Shown piece after piece: positions 1 to 9,633 of a stretch of DNA of 64,000 bases. Under the pieces are notes generated by a model, which saw nothing but the letters and a program-made list of their open reading frames with translations, ran no database searches and was not told the DNA's origin. Both the position numbers and the translations under genes were made by a program. This DNA comes from Planctomycetota bacterium (GTDB lineage Bacteria; Planctomycetota; UBA8108; SXIK01), in NCBI GenBank assembly GCA_965223845.1, contig CBDCXR010000004.1, positions 3,648,001 through 3,712,000 of the forward strand. Reading direction: 5' to 3'. The first letter of the stretch is position 1; each line of letters begins with the position of its first letter.

Positions 1-708
1 GGTCTCGGTAAGGGGATGGCGTTCGCACTCGCTCGCGCCGGTGCGAAGGTCGCGGTGAATTACTTCAACAACTCAGCGCGCGCCGAGGCGATGTTCGCCG
101 AGTTTCAGGCGGAGGGACTCGACGGCATGCTCGTCCGCGGCGACGTCTCGACCGAAGCCGGCGTCGAATCGGTGTACGGCGAAGTCGAGAACGAGCTCGG
201 TCCGATCGACATCCTCGTCGTCAACGCGACTCCCGATCAGCCGCAGATGCCGATCGAAGAGTACACGTGGAAGCACTACGAGGCGATGCTCGACTTCTTC
301 ATCAAGAGCCCGTACCTGCTCACGCGCCGCTGCGTCGCGCACATGAAGAAGCAGCGCTGGGGTCGCGTCATCAATATCGGGAGCGAAGTCTTCCAGCGTG
401 GCATGGGGAACTTCAGCGCCTACGTGTCGGCGAAGGGCGGGCAGCTCGGCTTCACGCGCAGCATGGCGACCGAGCTCGCACCGTTCGGGATCACCGTCAA
501 CATGGTGTCGCCCGGGTGGATCCCCGTCGAGCGGCACGAGAAAGATCCACAGGAAATGAAGGACGGGTACCTCGCCACGGTACCGATGGGGCGCTGGGGC
601 ACGCCCGAGGACGTCGCGGAGTGTACGGTGTACTTCGCGAGCGAAGAAGCGAGCTTCGTCACCGGGCAGAACGTGTGCGTAAACGGCGGGCTCACCGTCT
701 GGCACTGA
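1..708 (+). CDS. SDR family oxidoreductase (FabG-like), 5'-truncated by window edge
   Basis: Frame is open from base 1 (GLGKGMA, the end of the Rossmann GxxxGxG motif); VVNA, YxxxK (YVSAK), VSPG and VTGQ..VNGG SDR motifs. Confidence 0.9.
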   Translation, partial: GLGKGMAFALARAGAKVAVNYFNNSARAEAMFAEFQAEGLDGMLVRGDVSTEAGVESVYGEVENELGPIDILVVNATPDQPQMPIEEYTWKHYEAMLDFFIKSPYLLTRRCVAHMKKQRWGRVINIGSEVFQRGMGNFSAYVSAKGGQLGFTRSMATELAPFGITVNMVSPGWIPVERHEKDPQEMKDGYLATVPMGRWGTPEDVAECTVYFASEEASFVTGQNVCVNGGLTVWH

Positions 709-779
709 TCGGTGCTTGTTGAAGAAGAAGAAAAAATGGATCGCGAGGCTGATCTGCCGATCGCATCTCGTTTCTCTCC

Positions 780-2300
780 TTAGCCCTTCGTCGCGCCTTT
801 CCCCTCTGCGGGTGCGGCCGAAGCGTAGAGCTCCGCAGCTCGACCCAGTCGCTCAAGAGTCGCGTCGCGACCGAGAAGCGCGATCACCTCGAAAAGCCCG
901 GGAGTCGCATTTCGTCCGCTGATGAGCGCGCGGACCGGCTGCGCGAGATCACCGAGCCGCGCGTCTTCGCGCTCGACGAATTCGCGCGCGTGGGCGTCGA
1001 GCGCGCTCGGGTCGTCGGGCACCCACGCGCTCTCTTCGAGCGCGGCGAGAGACTCGACGTAACGCTCGACGAGGGGCAGAGTGTCGCGCTTCTTCCGTAG
1101 GACCTTTCGCCCGCTGTCATCGAGCTCGACGGGCGCGAAGTAGAACTCGAGCTTGTCGACAATCGCCGCGAGACAATCGTTTCGCTCGCGCTCGAGGGCG
1201 ATCATCCCGGTGAGACGCGCGCAATCGGCGCTCGCCTCTTCCTCGCTCACGAAACCGCGCGCGACGAGTCGCGGGATGACGAGCTCGACGACGCTTTCGA
1301 GCGGACGTTCGCGCATGTAGTGACCGCCGAGGTGCTCGAGCTTCTTCAGATCGTAGACCGCGCCCGACTTCGAGACACCGCCGAACGAGAACTTCTCGAC
1401 GAGCTCCGCGAGCGAGAAGATCTCCTGCTGATCATCGAAGGACCAACCCATCCGAACGAGGAAATTCAGCATCGCTTCCGGCAGGTACCCCTTCTCCTCG
1501 TACTCGGTGACCGAAACGGCGCCGTGGCGCTTGGAGAGCTTGCCTCCGCCCGGCGCGAGGATGAGCGGAATGTGGGCGTAGCGGGGAACGGGAAGTCCGA
1601 GCGCTTCGTAGAGAAGGAGCTGCTTCGACGTGTTCGAAAGGTGATCCTCGCCGCGGATGACGTGCGTGATTCCCATTCCGTAATCGTCCCCGACGACCGC
1701 GAAGTTGTAGACGACGCTGCCGTCCGACCGGCGGACGATGAAGTCCTCGATCTCCTCGTTGCGAACGACCACTTCACCACGGATGAGATCCTCGCAGCGC
1801 GCCTCACCGGGCGGCACACGAAAGCGGAGGACGTACGGCTCGTGCTCCATTCGGCGCGCGACCTCGCTCGCATCGAGCTCGAGGCAGCGGCGATCGTAGA
1901 GAATCCGCGCCTTCGCCGCCCGCTGCGCGTCGCGCAGCGAGGCGAGGCGCTCCTTCGAGCAGAAGCAGGGATAGATCTTCCGTTCGTCGAGGAGACGCGC
2001 GATCCACTCGCCGTAGGTGTCCGACCGCTCCGACTGGAAGTACGGGCCGTGATCGCCTCCGACCTCGGGGCCTTCATCCCAATGGAGACCGAGGTAGCGG
2101 AGGCCGTCGAAGATGGCCTGAACCGCTTCGGGAGTCGACCTCTCGCGATCGGTATCCTCGACGCGGAGGACGAGCACGCCGCCGCGCTGCCGCGCGTAGA
2201 GGTAGTTGAAGAGAGCGGTGCGCGCTCCCCCGATGTGAAGATATCCAGTCGGAGACGGCGCAAACCGCACGCGGACGTCGCCGGAGGGGAGGTCGTTCAT
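780..2300 (-). CDS. gltX: Glutamate--tRNA ligase
   Basis: VRVRFAPSPTGYLHIGGART (HIGH), LRVEDTD, RGEDH, KLSKR; start re-picked at ATG 2300. Confidence 0.96.
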   Translation of the reverse strand: MNDLPSGDVRVRFAPSPTGYLHIGGARTALFNYLYARQRGGVLVLRVEDTDRERSTPEAVQAIFDGLRYLGLHWDEGPEVGGDHGPYFQSERSDTYGEWIARLLDERKIYPCFCSKERLASLRDAQRAAKARILYDRRCLELDASEVARRMEHEPYVLRFRVPPGEARCEDLIRGEVVVRNEEIEDFIVRRSDGSVVYNFAVVGDDYGMGITHVIRGEDHLSNTSKQLLLYEALGLPVPRYAHIPLILAPGGGKLSKRHGAVSVTEYEEKGYLPEAMLNFLVRMGWSFDDQQEIFSLAELVEKFSFGGVSKSGAVYDLKKLEHLGGHYMRERPLESVVELVIPRLVARGFVSEEEASADCARLTGMIALERERNDCLAAIVDKLEFYFAPVELDDSGRKVLRKKRDTLPLVERYVESLAALEESAWVPDDPSALDAHAREFVEREDARLGDLAQPVRALISGRNATPGLFEVIALLGRDATLERLGRAAELYASAAPAEGKGATKG

Positions 2301-2480
2301 CTCGCTTCGAGTTCGAGTGGGAAGGCGTACGGGCGCGACGATCCTCTGGCGACCGCCGGAAAACGATATCCCGAACGTCGGGAATGGATCCGGAACGCTA
2401 TCGTTCTGCGTCGGCACGCGCAAGGGGATTCGGCGTCCCGGCTCGAGGCGTCGATTCGCCCTACCGCGCCGGTGCCGTTC

Positions 2481-2509
2481 GAGACAGGTTCGGCGCCTTG
2501 CGCTACAAT
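2481..2509 (+). promoter_or_regulatory. Putative sigma70-type promoter upstream of the TIMP-like/matrixin pair
   Basis: GAGACA-17 nt-TACAAT in intergenic DNA. Confidence 0.3.
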
Positions 2510-2892
2510 CGCAGTCGCAGCTTCTCCCGCTCCCACGCTCGTTCTCCATCCGCCCTGAATTCGCGGCGGACCGGGGACGTCTGTCTCTCAGAAAGCAGAG
2601 CCGACCGCGCCGTCACCCCGTTCGCCGCGAACGCGCGCGACGGGCGGCTCTGATTCCCCCTCGAACGCCCACCGTAGCGGAAGAAGAAGGAGGTCCAGCC
2701 ATGCGGAGTCGAGCTTCGGCGACGCGGGGGCTAGGCGCCTACGCAAGAATGCGGATTCGGCCGGAACACGATCCTCTCGAGCGGGCTTGCAAAAAGTCCC
2801 CTCGCCGGCACGGCAGAGCCGCACCGACTTCACGCCCACGAGCGCGCCTCGCGCTCGTTTCACGCTCTGAACACAGGCACTTCCGGCGAAGC

Positions 2893-3525
2893 GTGCAGGT
2901 TCGGAGCCTTGGATCTTTGCGTCCCGCGACCGCTGCGATCGCGATCGCAGCGGCGATCGCGTGGACACCGCACGCCCCCGCGACGACAACGCGCGACATC
3001 GACTTCGTCGCGCTGGAAAAGCGTGCGGCGACGGTCTTCTACGGAAAGTGCATCGCTCGCCGCACCGTGGACGAAGGCGCACGGATTTCGTACGTCGAGT
3101 ACCAGTTCGAGATCCTCGACGGGGTAAAAGGCTGTCGAGACTCGAAGGGTCGACGCCTGCGCCGCGTCGTCTTTCGACACGCGCAGCTCCGTCCCCGTAC
3201 TCTCCCGGACGGAACGCGCTTCGTTCCGCCGAAGCTCGGCATCCCGACCTACGCGATCGGCGACGAGCTCGTTCTCTTTCTCACCCGCGAATCGCGGCTC
3301 GGACTGTGCGCTCCCGTCGGGCTCCGGCAGGGCTGCTTCCGCGTCACGCGTCGGGGGAACCGCCGCTACGCACAGAACGGCGTCGAGAATCGGCACCTCT
3401 TTCGCGATGTGCGCGAGAGTGCATTTCGAAAGTCCGCGGCGGGCGCGCTCGCGACGGCGAAGCTCGAAGGCGCACGCCTCGAGCTCGGACTGCTCCTCGA
3501 ACTCTGTCGAGGCGTCGCGCGATGA
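2893..3525 (+). CDS. Secreted TIMP/NTR-like (OB-fold-like) hypothetical protein
   Basis: Signal-peptide-like AAIAIAAAIAW..APA, then ATT..DFVALEKRAATVFYGKC...YVEYQFEILDGVKG; stop overlaps next ATG (ATGA). Start uncertain (GTG 2893; alternative ATG 2701 has a strong SD). Confidence 0.7.
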   Translation: MQVRSLGSLRPATAAIAIAAAIAWTPHAPATTTRDIDFVALEKRAATVFYGKCIARRTVDEGARISYVEYQFEILDGVKGCRDSKGRRLRRVVFRHAQLRPRTLPDGTRFVPPKLGIPTYAIGDELVLFLTRESRLGLCAPVGLRQGCFRVTRRGNRRYAQNGVENRHLFRDVRESAFRKSAAGALATAKLEGARLELGLLLELCRGVAR

Positions 3526-5744
3526 CCTCCGCTCGAGCGCTCATTTCGTCGGCGACGCTCGTCGCGGTCGGCCTCGGAGTGGTACTCGCCGCGCGCGAGG
3601 CGCAGGCGGGCGGTCCACTCCTCGCGGCTCCACGCGGGGAACCGTATCGCTGGGACAGCTCGCAGTCTCTCGTCCTCCATCCGACGACCTCGCGATTGGG
3701 AGCCATCGCGAGTCCGATCGATCTTCTCGAGGCGGCCGTGAGCGAGTGGGATGGCGTCGACACGTCACGGCTCCGCATCGAGATCGGAGATCCGGTTGCG
3801 ATCGACACGAGCGACCTCGATGTGGACTCCTTCGAGGATCTGATCGGTACGAACGATCGCACGAATCCGATCCTGTTCGACTCGGACGGCGACCTCTTCT
3901 CCGACCTCTACGGACCCGACAGCGGGGTCCTCGGCATCGCCGGTCCGAGCCTGATCCGTCCGTCGGAGCGCCGCATCATCAAGGGCTACGCGCTCTTCAA
4001 TGGTGAGGAGGTATCCATCGCCGACCGCACGACGATCGAGGCGGTGTTCACTCACGAGATCGGGCACCTTCTCAACCTCGACCACACTCAGATCAACGGT
4101 CGCCGTCTCTTTCGACCACTGCCTGAGTTTGGTGTGACGCCGACTTCGGCCAGCGTAGCAACGATGTATCCGGTGCTGATTCAGCACCGCGAGGTCGGCC
4201 CGCACCCGATGGCGTCGCTTCACAGCGACGATCGCGCGGCGCTCTCCGCCCTGTACCCGACGGGCGATTTCGCGTCCCGAACGGCGGCCATCACGGGAAA
4301 CGTGTACGACTTCGACGGAGTGACTCCTCTTCACGGCGTCAACGTGGTCGCGCGAAACGTCGACTCGCCACTGAACGACGCTTACTCTGCGGTGACCGGT
4401 CAGCTCATCCGGGAGGAGCACGACTTCGAGCCCGCGGAGAAGCGGGGCGAGTTCGCACTCCGCGGTCTCGTGCCGGGAGCGAGCTACAAGCTCTACGTCG
4501 AAGAGATCGTCGGCTCCTTCGCCGAAGGCTCGAGCCTCGGCCCGCTCGATCCGCCCCTCGACGTCGACCCTTCGAGCTCGAATGCACTCCTCGAGTTCTG
4601 GAATGACGCCGAAGCGGCCACCGCGCCGCCCGACGACGTCGGCGATGCCAGCGAAATCACTCTGGCTCAGGGGGAGAGTCGATCGGGCGTCGATGTCGTC
4701 TTCAACGGGATTGCCCCGCGAGTTCAGGGGATCGTCCCGTCGGCGCTCGGGTACGAGGACGGCGGGCGCGTGACGATCACCGGAGCCAATCTCGATCGGC
4801 TGATCGAGATTCGGCTGGTCGGCCCCGGGCCGGTCGCGCTCGCCAATCCCGTCGTGATCGACGGCGCGACTCTCGAAGCGGACGTGCCGCCGTTCGTGGT
4901 GCCCGGCTCGTACCACGTCACCGTCCGGACGACAAAGGGCCGCGGGACGAGTGAGCTCGCGCTCTACCGCTCCGTCGAGCCGCGCGCGATCGTTACGGTG
5001 ATCGCTCCATCGTCGGTGCCGAACGACGCGACCTCGGTCGTCGAAGTCTTCGGCTCCCACCTCCTCGGAGCAAGACGTGTCGACCTCGTGGCGACCGGGT
5101 CTCCCGTGGTCGAGCTCGACGACGTGATCGTCGCCTTCGACCAGAGTCCGACCGCACCGAGCGGCGTCGGACCGTACAAAATCATCGCGCACATTCCGGC
5201 CGGAGTGCTGCCGCGCGACTACGAGGTCGTCGTGCACAACACCGCCGGAACGAGCGAGACCGGCTTCGCGCGACTGAGTGTCACCGAGCAGCTCCCCGAG
5301 CTCTCGGGCGTCGTCGACCCGGGCGCGATCGGGAACGCACGTGAACGCGAGATCGAAATCTTTGGCCGCCACCTCGCCGGCACCCACTCGGTCGTGCTCG
5401 TCGGCAGCGACGGCGATGTTCCCCTCACCTTAAGGTCGACGACGCTCCGTTCCGTCGTCGCGAGCGTGCCGGCGAGAGTGCCCGAGGGCGACTACGCGAT
5501 CGAGCTCGAGAACACGCGCGGCACCACGGGAGGCGCTCGGCTCACGATCGTTCACGAATCGGGTGGCGGCGGGGGAGGAGGAGGCTGCGGTGCGGTGCTC
5601 CCCCCCGGAAGCGGGCGCCCGCCCGGCTTCGAGCTGCCGGCGATCGTCATCGCCGCTCTCGTTCTGCGGGGTCTCGTTCTCGCGCGGCGCAACGGCGGCG
5701 ACCTCTCCCGCTCGAACGAATCTCATGGACGAGTTCGAGGTTGA
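3522..5744 (+). CDS. Matrixin (metzincin M10)-like metalloprotease with IPT/TIG-like repeats and a C-terminal Gly-rich Cys/TM sorting signal
   Basis: Signal peptide; HEIGHLLNLDH zinc motif; Met-turn ATMYP; three repeated beta-rich units (ITGANL/VFGSHL/IFGRHL); GGGGGGGGCG-hydrophobic-RR tail. Confidence 0.85.
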   Translation: MTSARALISSATLVAVGLGVVLAAREAQAGGPLLAAPRGEPYRWDSSQSLVLHPTTSRLGAIASPIDLLEAAVSEWDGVDTSRLRIEIGDPVAIDTSDLDVDSFEDLIGTNDRTNPILFDSDGDLFSDLYGPDSGVLGIAGPSLIRPSERRIIKGYALFNGEEVSIADRTTIEAVFTHEIGHLLNLDHTQINGRRLFRPLPEFGVTPTSASVATMYPVLIQHREVGPHPMASLHSDDRAALSALYPTGDFASRTAAITGNVYDFDGVTPLHGVNVVARNVDSPLNDAYSAVTGQLIREEHDFEPAEKRGEFALRGLVPGASYKLYVEEIVGSFAEGSSLGPLDPPLDVDPSSSNALLEFWNDAEAATAPPDDVGDASEITLAQGESRSGVDVVFNGIAPRVQGIVPSALGYEDGGRVTITGANLDRLIEIRLVGPGPVALANPVVIDGATLEADVPPFVVPGSYHVTVRTTKGRGTSELALYRSVEPRAIVTVIAPSSVPNDATSVVEVFGSHLLGARRVDLVATGSPVVELDDVIVAFDQSPTAPSGVGPYKIIAHIPAGVLPRDYEVVVHNTAGTSETGFARLSVTEQLPELSGVVDPGAIGNAREREIEIFGRHLAGTHSVVLVGSDGDVPLTLRSTTLRSVVASVPARVPEGDYAIELENTRGTTGGARLTIVHESGGGGGGGGCGAVLPPGSGRPPGFELPAIVIAALVLRGLVLARRNGGDLSRSNESHGRVRG

Positions 5745-5846
5745 CGCGCGGGCGGCCTGCGTTTGTCGTAGCGCGGTGATCGACCGCATCGCAGGCGAAG
5801 TTCGCGGTGGGGATGGACCAGTCGTACGCACGAAAGGGACGCGAGA

Positions 5847-6623
5847 GTGAGCCAAACGCCGGTTGCCCTCGTCACGGGTTCGTCGCGAGGCATCGGCCGC
5901 GCCATCGCGGTCGAGCTCGCTCGAGCGGGTTATGACATCGCCGTACACTGTCGCGCGAATCGGGAAGGGGCGAAAACGACCGCCGACGAGATCCACGCCG
6001 CCGGCCGGAGGAGCGAGGTGTTCGCCGCCGATCTCGCGTCGCCGGCAGCGCGGAGTGAGCTCGTCGAGAAGGTGAAGGCCGCGTTCCCGACGCTCGACGT
6101 GCTCGTGAACAATGCTGGCGCCGCGCCGAAGGTGCGCGCCGACCTTCTCGATCTCGAAGAAGACGAGTTCGACGACACCTTCGACACCAATTTTCGCGGC
6201 GCGTTCTTTCTCACGCGGGACATCGCGAACTGGATGCTCGAGACGCGAGACGCGGAGCCGGAGCGCCGCCTCTCGATCGTCAACATTTCGAGCGTGTCGG
6301 AGTACGCACCGACCGTGAATCGCGCCGCGTACTGCGTAGCCAAGGCGGGTCTCGGCATGATGACCAAGCTGTTCGCCGTCCGCCTCGCGGCGGCGAACAT
6401 TCCGGTGAACGCCGTTCGTCCGGGGATCATCGACACCGATATGACTGGCCCTGTGAAAGCGAAGTACGACCAGCGCATCGCAGAGGGACTCACGCCACTC
6501 CGACGCTGGGGCCAGCCGGAAGACGTCGCCCGAGCCGTGCGCGCGCTCGTCCGGGGCGATTTCGACTTCGCGACCGGAAGCGTCGTCGATCTCGACGGCG
6601 GATTTCACATCCGCGAGCTCTGA
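5847..6623 (+). CDS. SDR family oxidoreductase (3-ketoacyl-ACP reductase-like)
   Basis: TGSSRGIG, NNAG, YCVAK, DGG motifs. Confidence 0.92.
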   Translation: MSQTPVALVTGSSRGIGRAIAVELARAGYDIAVHCRANREGAKTTADEIHAAGRRSEVFAADLASPAARSELVEKVKAAFPTLDVLVNNAGAAPKVRADLLDLEEDEFDDTFDTNFRGAFFLTRDIANWMLETRDAEPERRLSIVNISSVSEYAPTVNRAAYCVAKAGLGMMTKLFAVRLAAANIPVNAVRPGIIDTDMTGPVKAKYDQRIAEGLTPLRRWGQPEDVARAVRALVRGDFDFATGSVVDLDGGFHIREL

Positions 6624-6785
6624 GCCTCCCCCCGCCTTGCCTGCCTCCGGAGGCTCTGCTATCCTCGGCGCCCTTGTGCCCAGAGTCTCCGGAGCGTCGG
6701 TGAACGCACCGCGAGAGAGCGCCGCGCGGCGCGCAGCAGGCTCCGGGCCGCGCGCGAAGACATCGACCGGAAAGGAGAGCCCCGC

Positions 6786-7835
6786 GTGCTTAAGATCGCA
6801 GTCCTACCCGGCGACGGCACCGGACCCGAAGTCGTCGACGAGGGTCTCAAAGTGCTCGAGGCCGCGGCCAAGAAGCACGGTTTTCAGTATTCGACCGAGT
6901 CGTTCGACTTCGGTGGCGACCGTTACCTGAAGACGGGCGAAGTCCTGCCGGAGGGTGGCGCCGACGAGCTCCGGAAGTACGATGCGATCTTCCTCGGTGC
7001 GATCGGCCATCCCGATGTTGCGCCCGGGATTCTCGAAAAGGGACTCCTCCTCGAGCTTCGTTTCCAGCTCGACCAGTACATCAATCTGCGCCCCGTGAAG
7101 CTGTACGAGGGCGTCGACTGCCCGCTCAAGGACAAGGGCCCGGACGACATCGATTTCGTGATCGTTCGGGAAAACACCGAGGATCTCTACGTCGGATCCG
7201 GCGGCTTCACCCATAAGGGCACCGCGAATGAAGTCGCGACGCAGCTCATGGTCGCGACCCGCCAGGGCGTCGAGCGTTGCTGCCGCTACGCGTTCGAGCT
7301 CACGAAGAAGCGGAATCGCACGAAGCGTCTCACGCTCGTCGCCAAGACGAACGTGCTCACCTACGCCCACGATTTGTGGTGGCGGGTGTTCAACGAGGTC
7401 GCGAAGGACTACCCGGAAATCGAGACCGACTACAACCACGTAGATGCGTGCTGTATGTGGATGGTCAAGAATCCGGAGTACTACGACGTCATCGTCACGA
7501 CAAACATGTTCGGCGACATCATTACGGACCTCGGCGCGATGATCCAAGGTGGGATGGGCATCGCCGCGGGCGGGAACATCAACCCGGGCGGCGTGAGCAT
7601 GTACGAGCCGATCGGTGGCTCGGCGCCGAAGTACACCGGGCAGAACGTCATCAATCCGCTCGCCGCGATCGGCGCGCTCGCGATGCTCCTTCGCTACAGC
7701 GCCGGACAGGACGCAGCGGCCGACGATGTCGAGAACGCCGTCATGGCGGTCGTGAAGAAGCTCGACAGCCTGAGCGCGGGCCGGATGGGCTACTCGACGA
7801 CGGAAGTCGGCGACATGGTGGTGGATTCGCTGTAA
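6786..7835 (+). CDS. leuB: 3-isopropylmalate dehydrogenase
   Basis: [46 protein letters not shown]. Confidence 0.88.
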   Translation: MLKIAVLPGDGTGPEVVDEGLKVLEAAAKKHGFQYSTESFDFGGDRYLKTGEVLPEGGADELRKYDAIFLGAIGHPDVAPGILEKGLLLELRFQLDQYINLRPVKLYEGVDCPLKDKGPDDIDFVIVRENTEDLYVGSGGFTHKGTANEVATQLMVATRQGVERCCRYAFELTKKRNRTKRLTLVAKTNVLTYAHDLWWRVFNEVAKDYPEIETDYNHVDACCMWMVKNPEYYDVIVTTNMFGDIITDLGAMIQGGMGIAAGGNINPGGVSMYEPIGGSAPKYTGQNVINPLAAIGALAMLLRYSAGQDAAADDVENAVMAVVKKLDSLSAGRMGYSTTEVGDMVVDSL

Positions 7836-7846
7836 GAAAACCCCGA

Positions 7847-9562
7847 GTGAAAGACCGCCCCGTGAAGACGAGTGACTTTCGCGAGGAGGCCGTCCGCGTC
7901 GTTGCGAAGCACTCGGGCCTCTCGCCCGACGAAGTCGACGCCGCGCTCACCACGCCTCCGAAGCCCGAGATGGGCGACTTCGCGTTTCCCTGCTTCGTCC
8001 TCGCCAAGAAGCTGAAGAAGGCGCCGCCCGCGATCGCCGGCGAGCTCGCCGAGGCCGTCGCCGCCGATCTGGACGCCCTGAGCGAGGCGACCGCGCTCGG
8101 TCCCTACCTCAACTTTCGGGTCGACGCGACGCGCTACGCCGATGCCGTGCTCCGATCCGCCATCGCCGAGGGGGACTCGTACGGCCGCTCGGCGGTCGGT
8201 GAGGGAAAGACGATCGCGATCGACTACTGCTCGCCGAACATCGCGAAACCGTTCCACGTCGGCCATCTGCGCACGACGATCATCGGCGGCGCACTCTATC
8301 GTCTCTTCGAGGCGCTCGGCTACCGGGTCGTCGGGATCAATCATCTCGGCGACTGGGGAACTCAGTTCGGTAAGCAGATCGTCGGGATCAAGCGCTTTGG
8401 ATCCGCCGCGGACGTCGGCGACCTGATGGCGCTCAATCGTCTCTACGTCGAGTACCACCAGGCAGAGAAGACTCAACCCGAGCTCGCCGACGAAGCACGC
8501 GACTGGTTTCGACGGCAGGAAGCGGGCGACGCGGAGGCGCTCGAGCTCTGGCGCGCAATTCGAAAGACGAGTCTCGATTACCTCCAGCGCGTCTGCGACC
8601 GACTCGGCGCGCGCTTCGACTCCCACGACGGCGAATCGTTCTTCAACGACAAGATGGATCCCGTCATCGAAGAGGCAGAGGCGAAGGGCATCGCCGAAGA
8701 GTCGGACGGAGCGCTCATCGTCGACCTCTCGGATGATGGCATCGACACGCCGGCACTGCTGCGAAAAGCCGACGGAACGACGCTCTACCTCACTCGAGAC
8801 ATCGCCGCCGCGAAGTACCGAGTGGAGCAGTACTCTCCCGAGCGAATCGTCTACGTCGTCGGCACCGCGCAGACGCTCCACTTCCAGCAGTTGAAGCTCG
8901 TTCTCAAAAAGCTCGGCTACGAGTGGTTCGACTCCATCGAGCACGTCAACTTCGGGCTCGTCCGCGGGATGTCGAGCCGAACGGGAAACGTCGTCTACTT
9001 GGAGCAGCTTCTCGACGAGGCGCGCGACCGCGCTCTCGCCTACATGCGCGAGCACACCGAGAAGAGGAGCGGCCTCGAGAACGAAGAGGAGGTGGCCGAA
9101 GCCGTGGGGATCGCGGCGATCTTCTTCTCCGATCTTTCGAAACAGCGGATCAAGGACTACCAATTCGACTGGGATCAGGCGATTTCCTTCGAGGGTGACA
9201 CAGGTCCTTATCTCATGAGCGCGTACGCACGCATCGCGGGGATCATCCGCAAGTGCGGCGTCGAGTTCGATCCCGAGGCCGATCTGTCACCGCTCACCGA
9301 GCCCGAGGCGCACCAGCTCGTCCGGAACGTCGCGCGCTACCCCGACGTCCTCCTCGATGCCGCGCGACGCTACGAGCCGTCCGTGCTCGCGGGCTATCTC
9401 CTCGAGCTCGCGCGCTCGCTCCACTCGGGGTACGGCGTCCTTCGCGTGAAGGGAGAAGCGGAAACGACCGCGAAGGCGCGCCTCGCTCTCTTCACCGTCG
9501 TTCAGCGAGTGCTGAAGAGTGGCCTCGGTGTTCTTGGAATCCGGGCGCTCGAACGGATGTAG
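7847..9562 (+). CDS. argS: Arginine--tRNA ligase
   Basis: DYCSPNIAKPFHVGHLR, NHLGDWGTQFG, GMSSRTG, FEGDTGPY, C-terminal LERM; start GTG 7847 or 7862. Confidence 0.96.
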   Translation: MKDRPVKTSDFREEAVRVVAKHSGLSPDEVDAALTTPPKPEMGDFAFPCFVLAKKLKKAPPAIAGELAEAVAADLDALSEATALGPYLNFRVDATRYADAVLRSAIAEGDSYGRSAVGEGKTIAIDYCSPNIAKPFHVGHLRTTIIGGALYRLFEALGYRVVGINHLGDWGTQFGKQIVGIKRFGSAADVGDLMALNRLYVEYHQAEKTQPELADEARDWFRRQEAGDAEALELWRAIRKTSLDYLQRVCDRLGARFDSHDGESFFNDKMDPVIEEAEAKGIAEESDGALIVDLSDDGIDTPALLRKADGTTLYLTRDIAAAKYRVEQYSPERIVYVVGTAQTLHFQQLKLVLKKLGYEWFDSIEHVNFGLVRGMSSRTGNVVYLEQLLDEARDRALAYMREHTEKRSGLENEEEVAEAVGIAAIFFSDLSKQRIKDYQFDWDQAISFEGDTGPYLMSAYARIAGIIRKCGVEFDPEADLSPLTEPEAHQLVRNVARYPDVLLDAARRYEPSVLAGYLLELARSLHSGYGVLRVKGEAETTAKARLALFTVVQRVLKSGLGVLGIRALERM

Positions 9563-9633
9563 ACCTAGGCGCGCTCGGGATTTCGACGCGGCGGCTTGCG
9601 TGCTCGAATGAAGGATTATCGTCCCGGGGCCAG

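Noticed and set aside
720-775. A-rich tract and weak hairpin between the SDR gene and gltX
   Set aside because: May be the gltX terminator, but the stem is too imperfect to call
2301-2549. N-terminal extension of gltX in the ORF track
   Set aside because: Non-conserved low-complexity sequence; family homology starts just after ATG 2300
2685-2705. AAGGAGGT-CCAGCC resembles the reverse complement of the 16S rRNA 3' end
   Set aside because: Only about 14 nt with a gap and no other rRNA sequence; better read as an SD-like element
6786-9562. leuB next to argS without leuCD
   Set aside because: Dispersed biosynthetic genes are common in this kind of genome; no evidence of a special system
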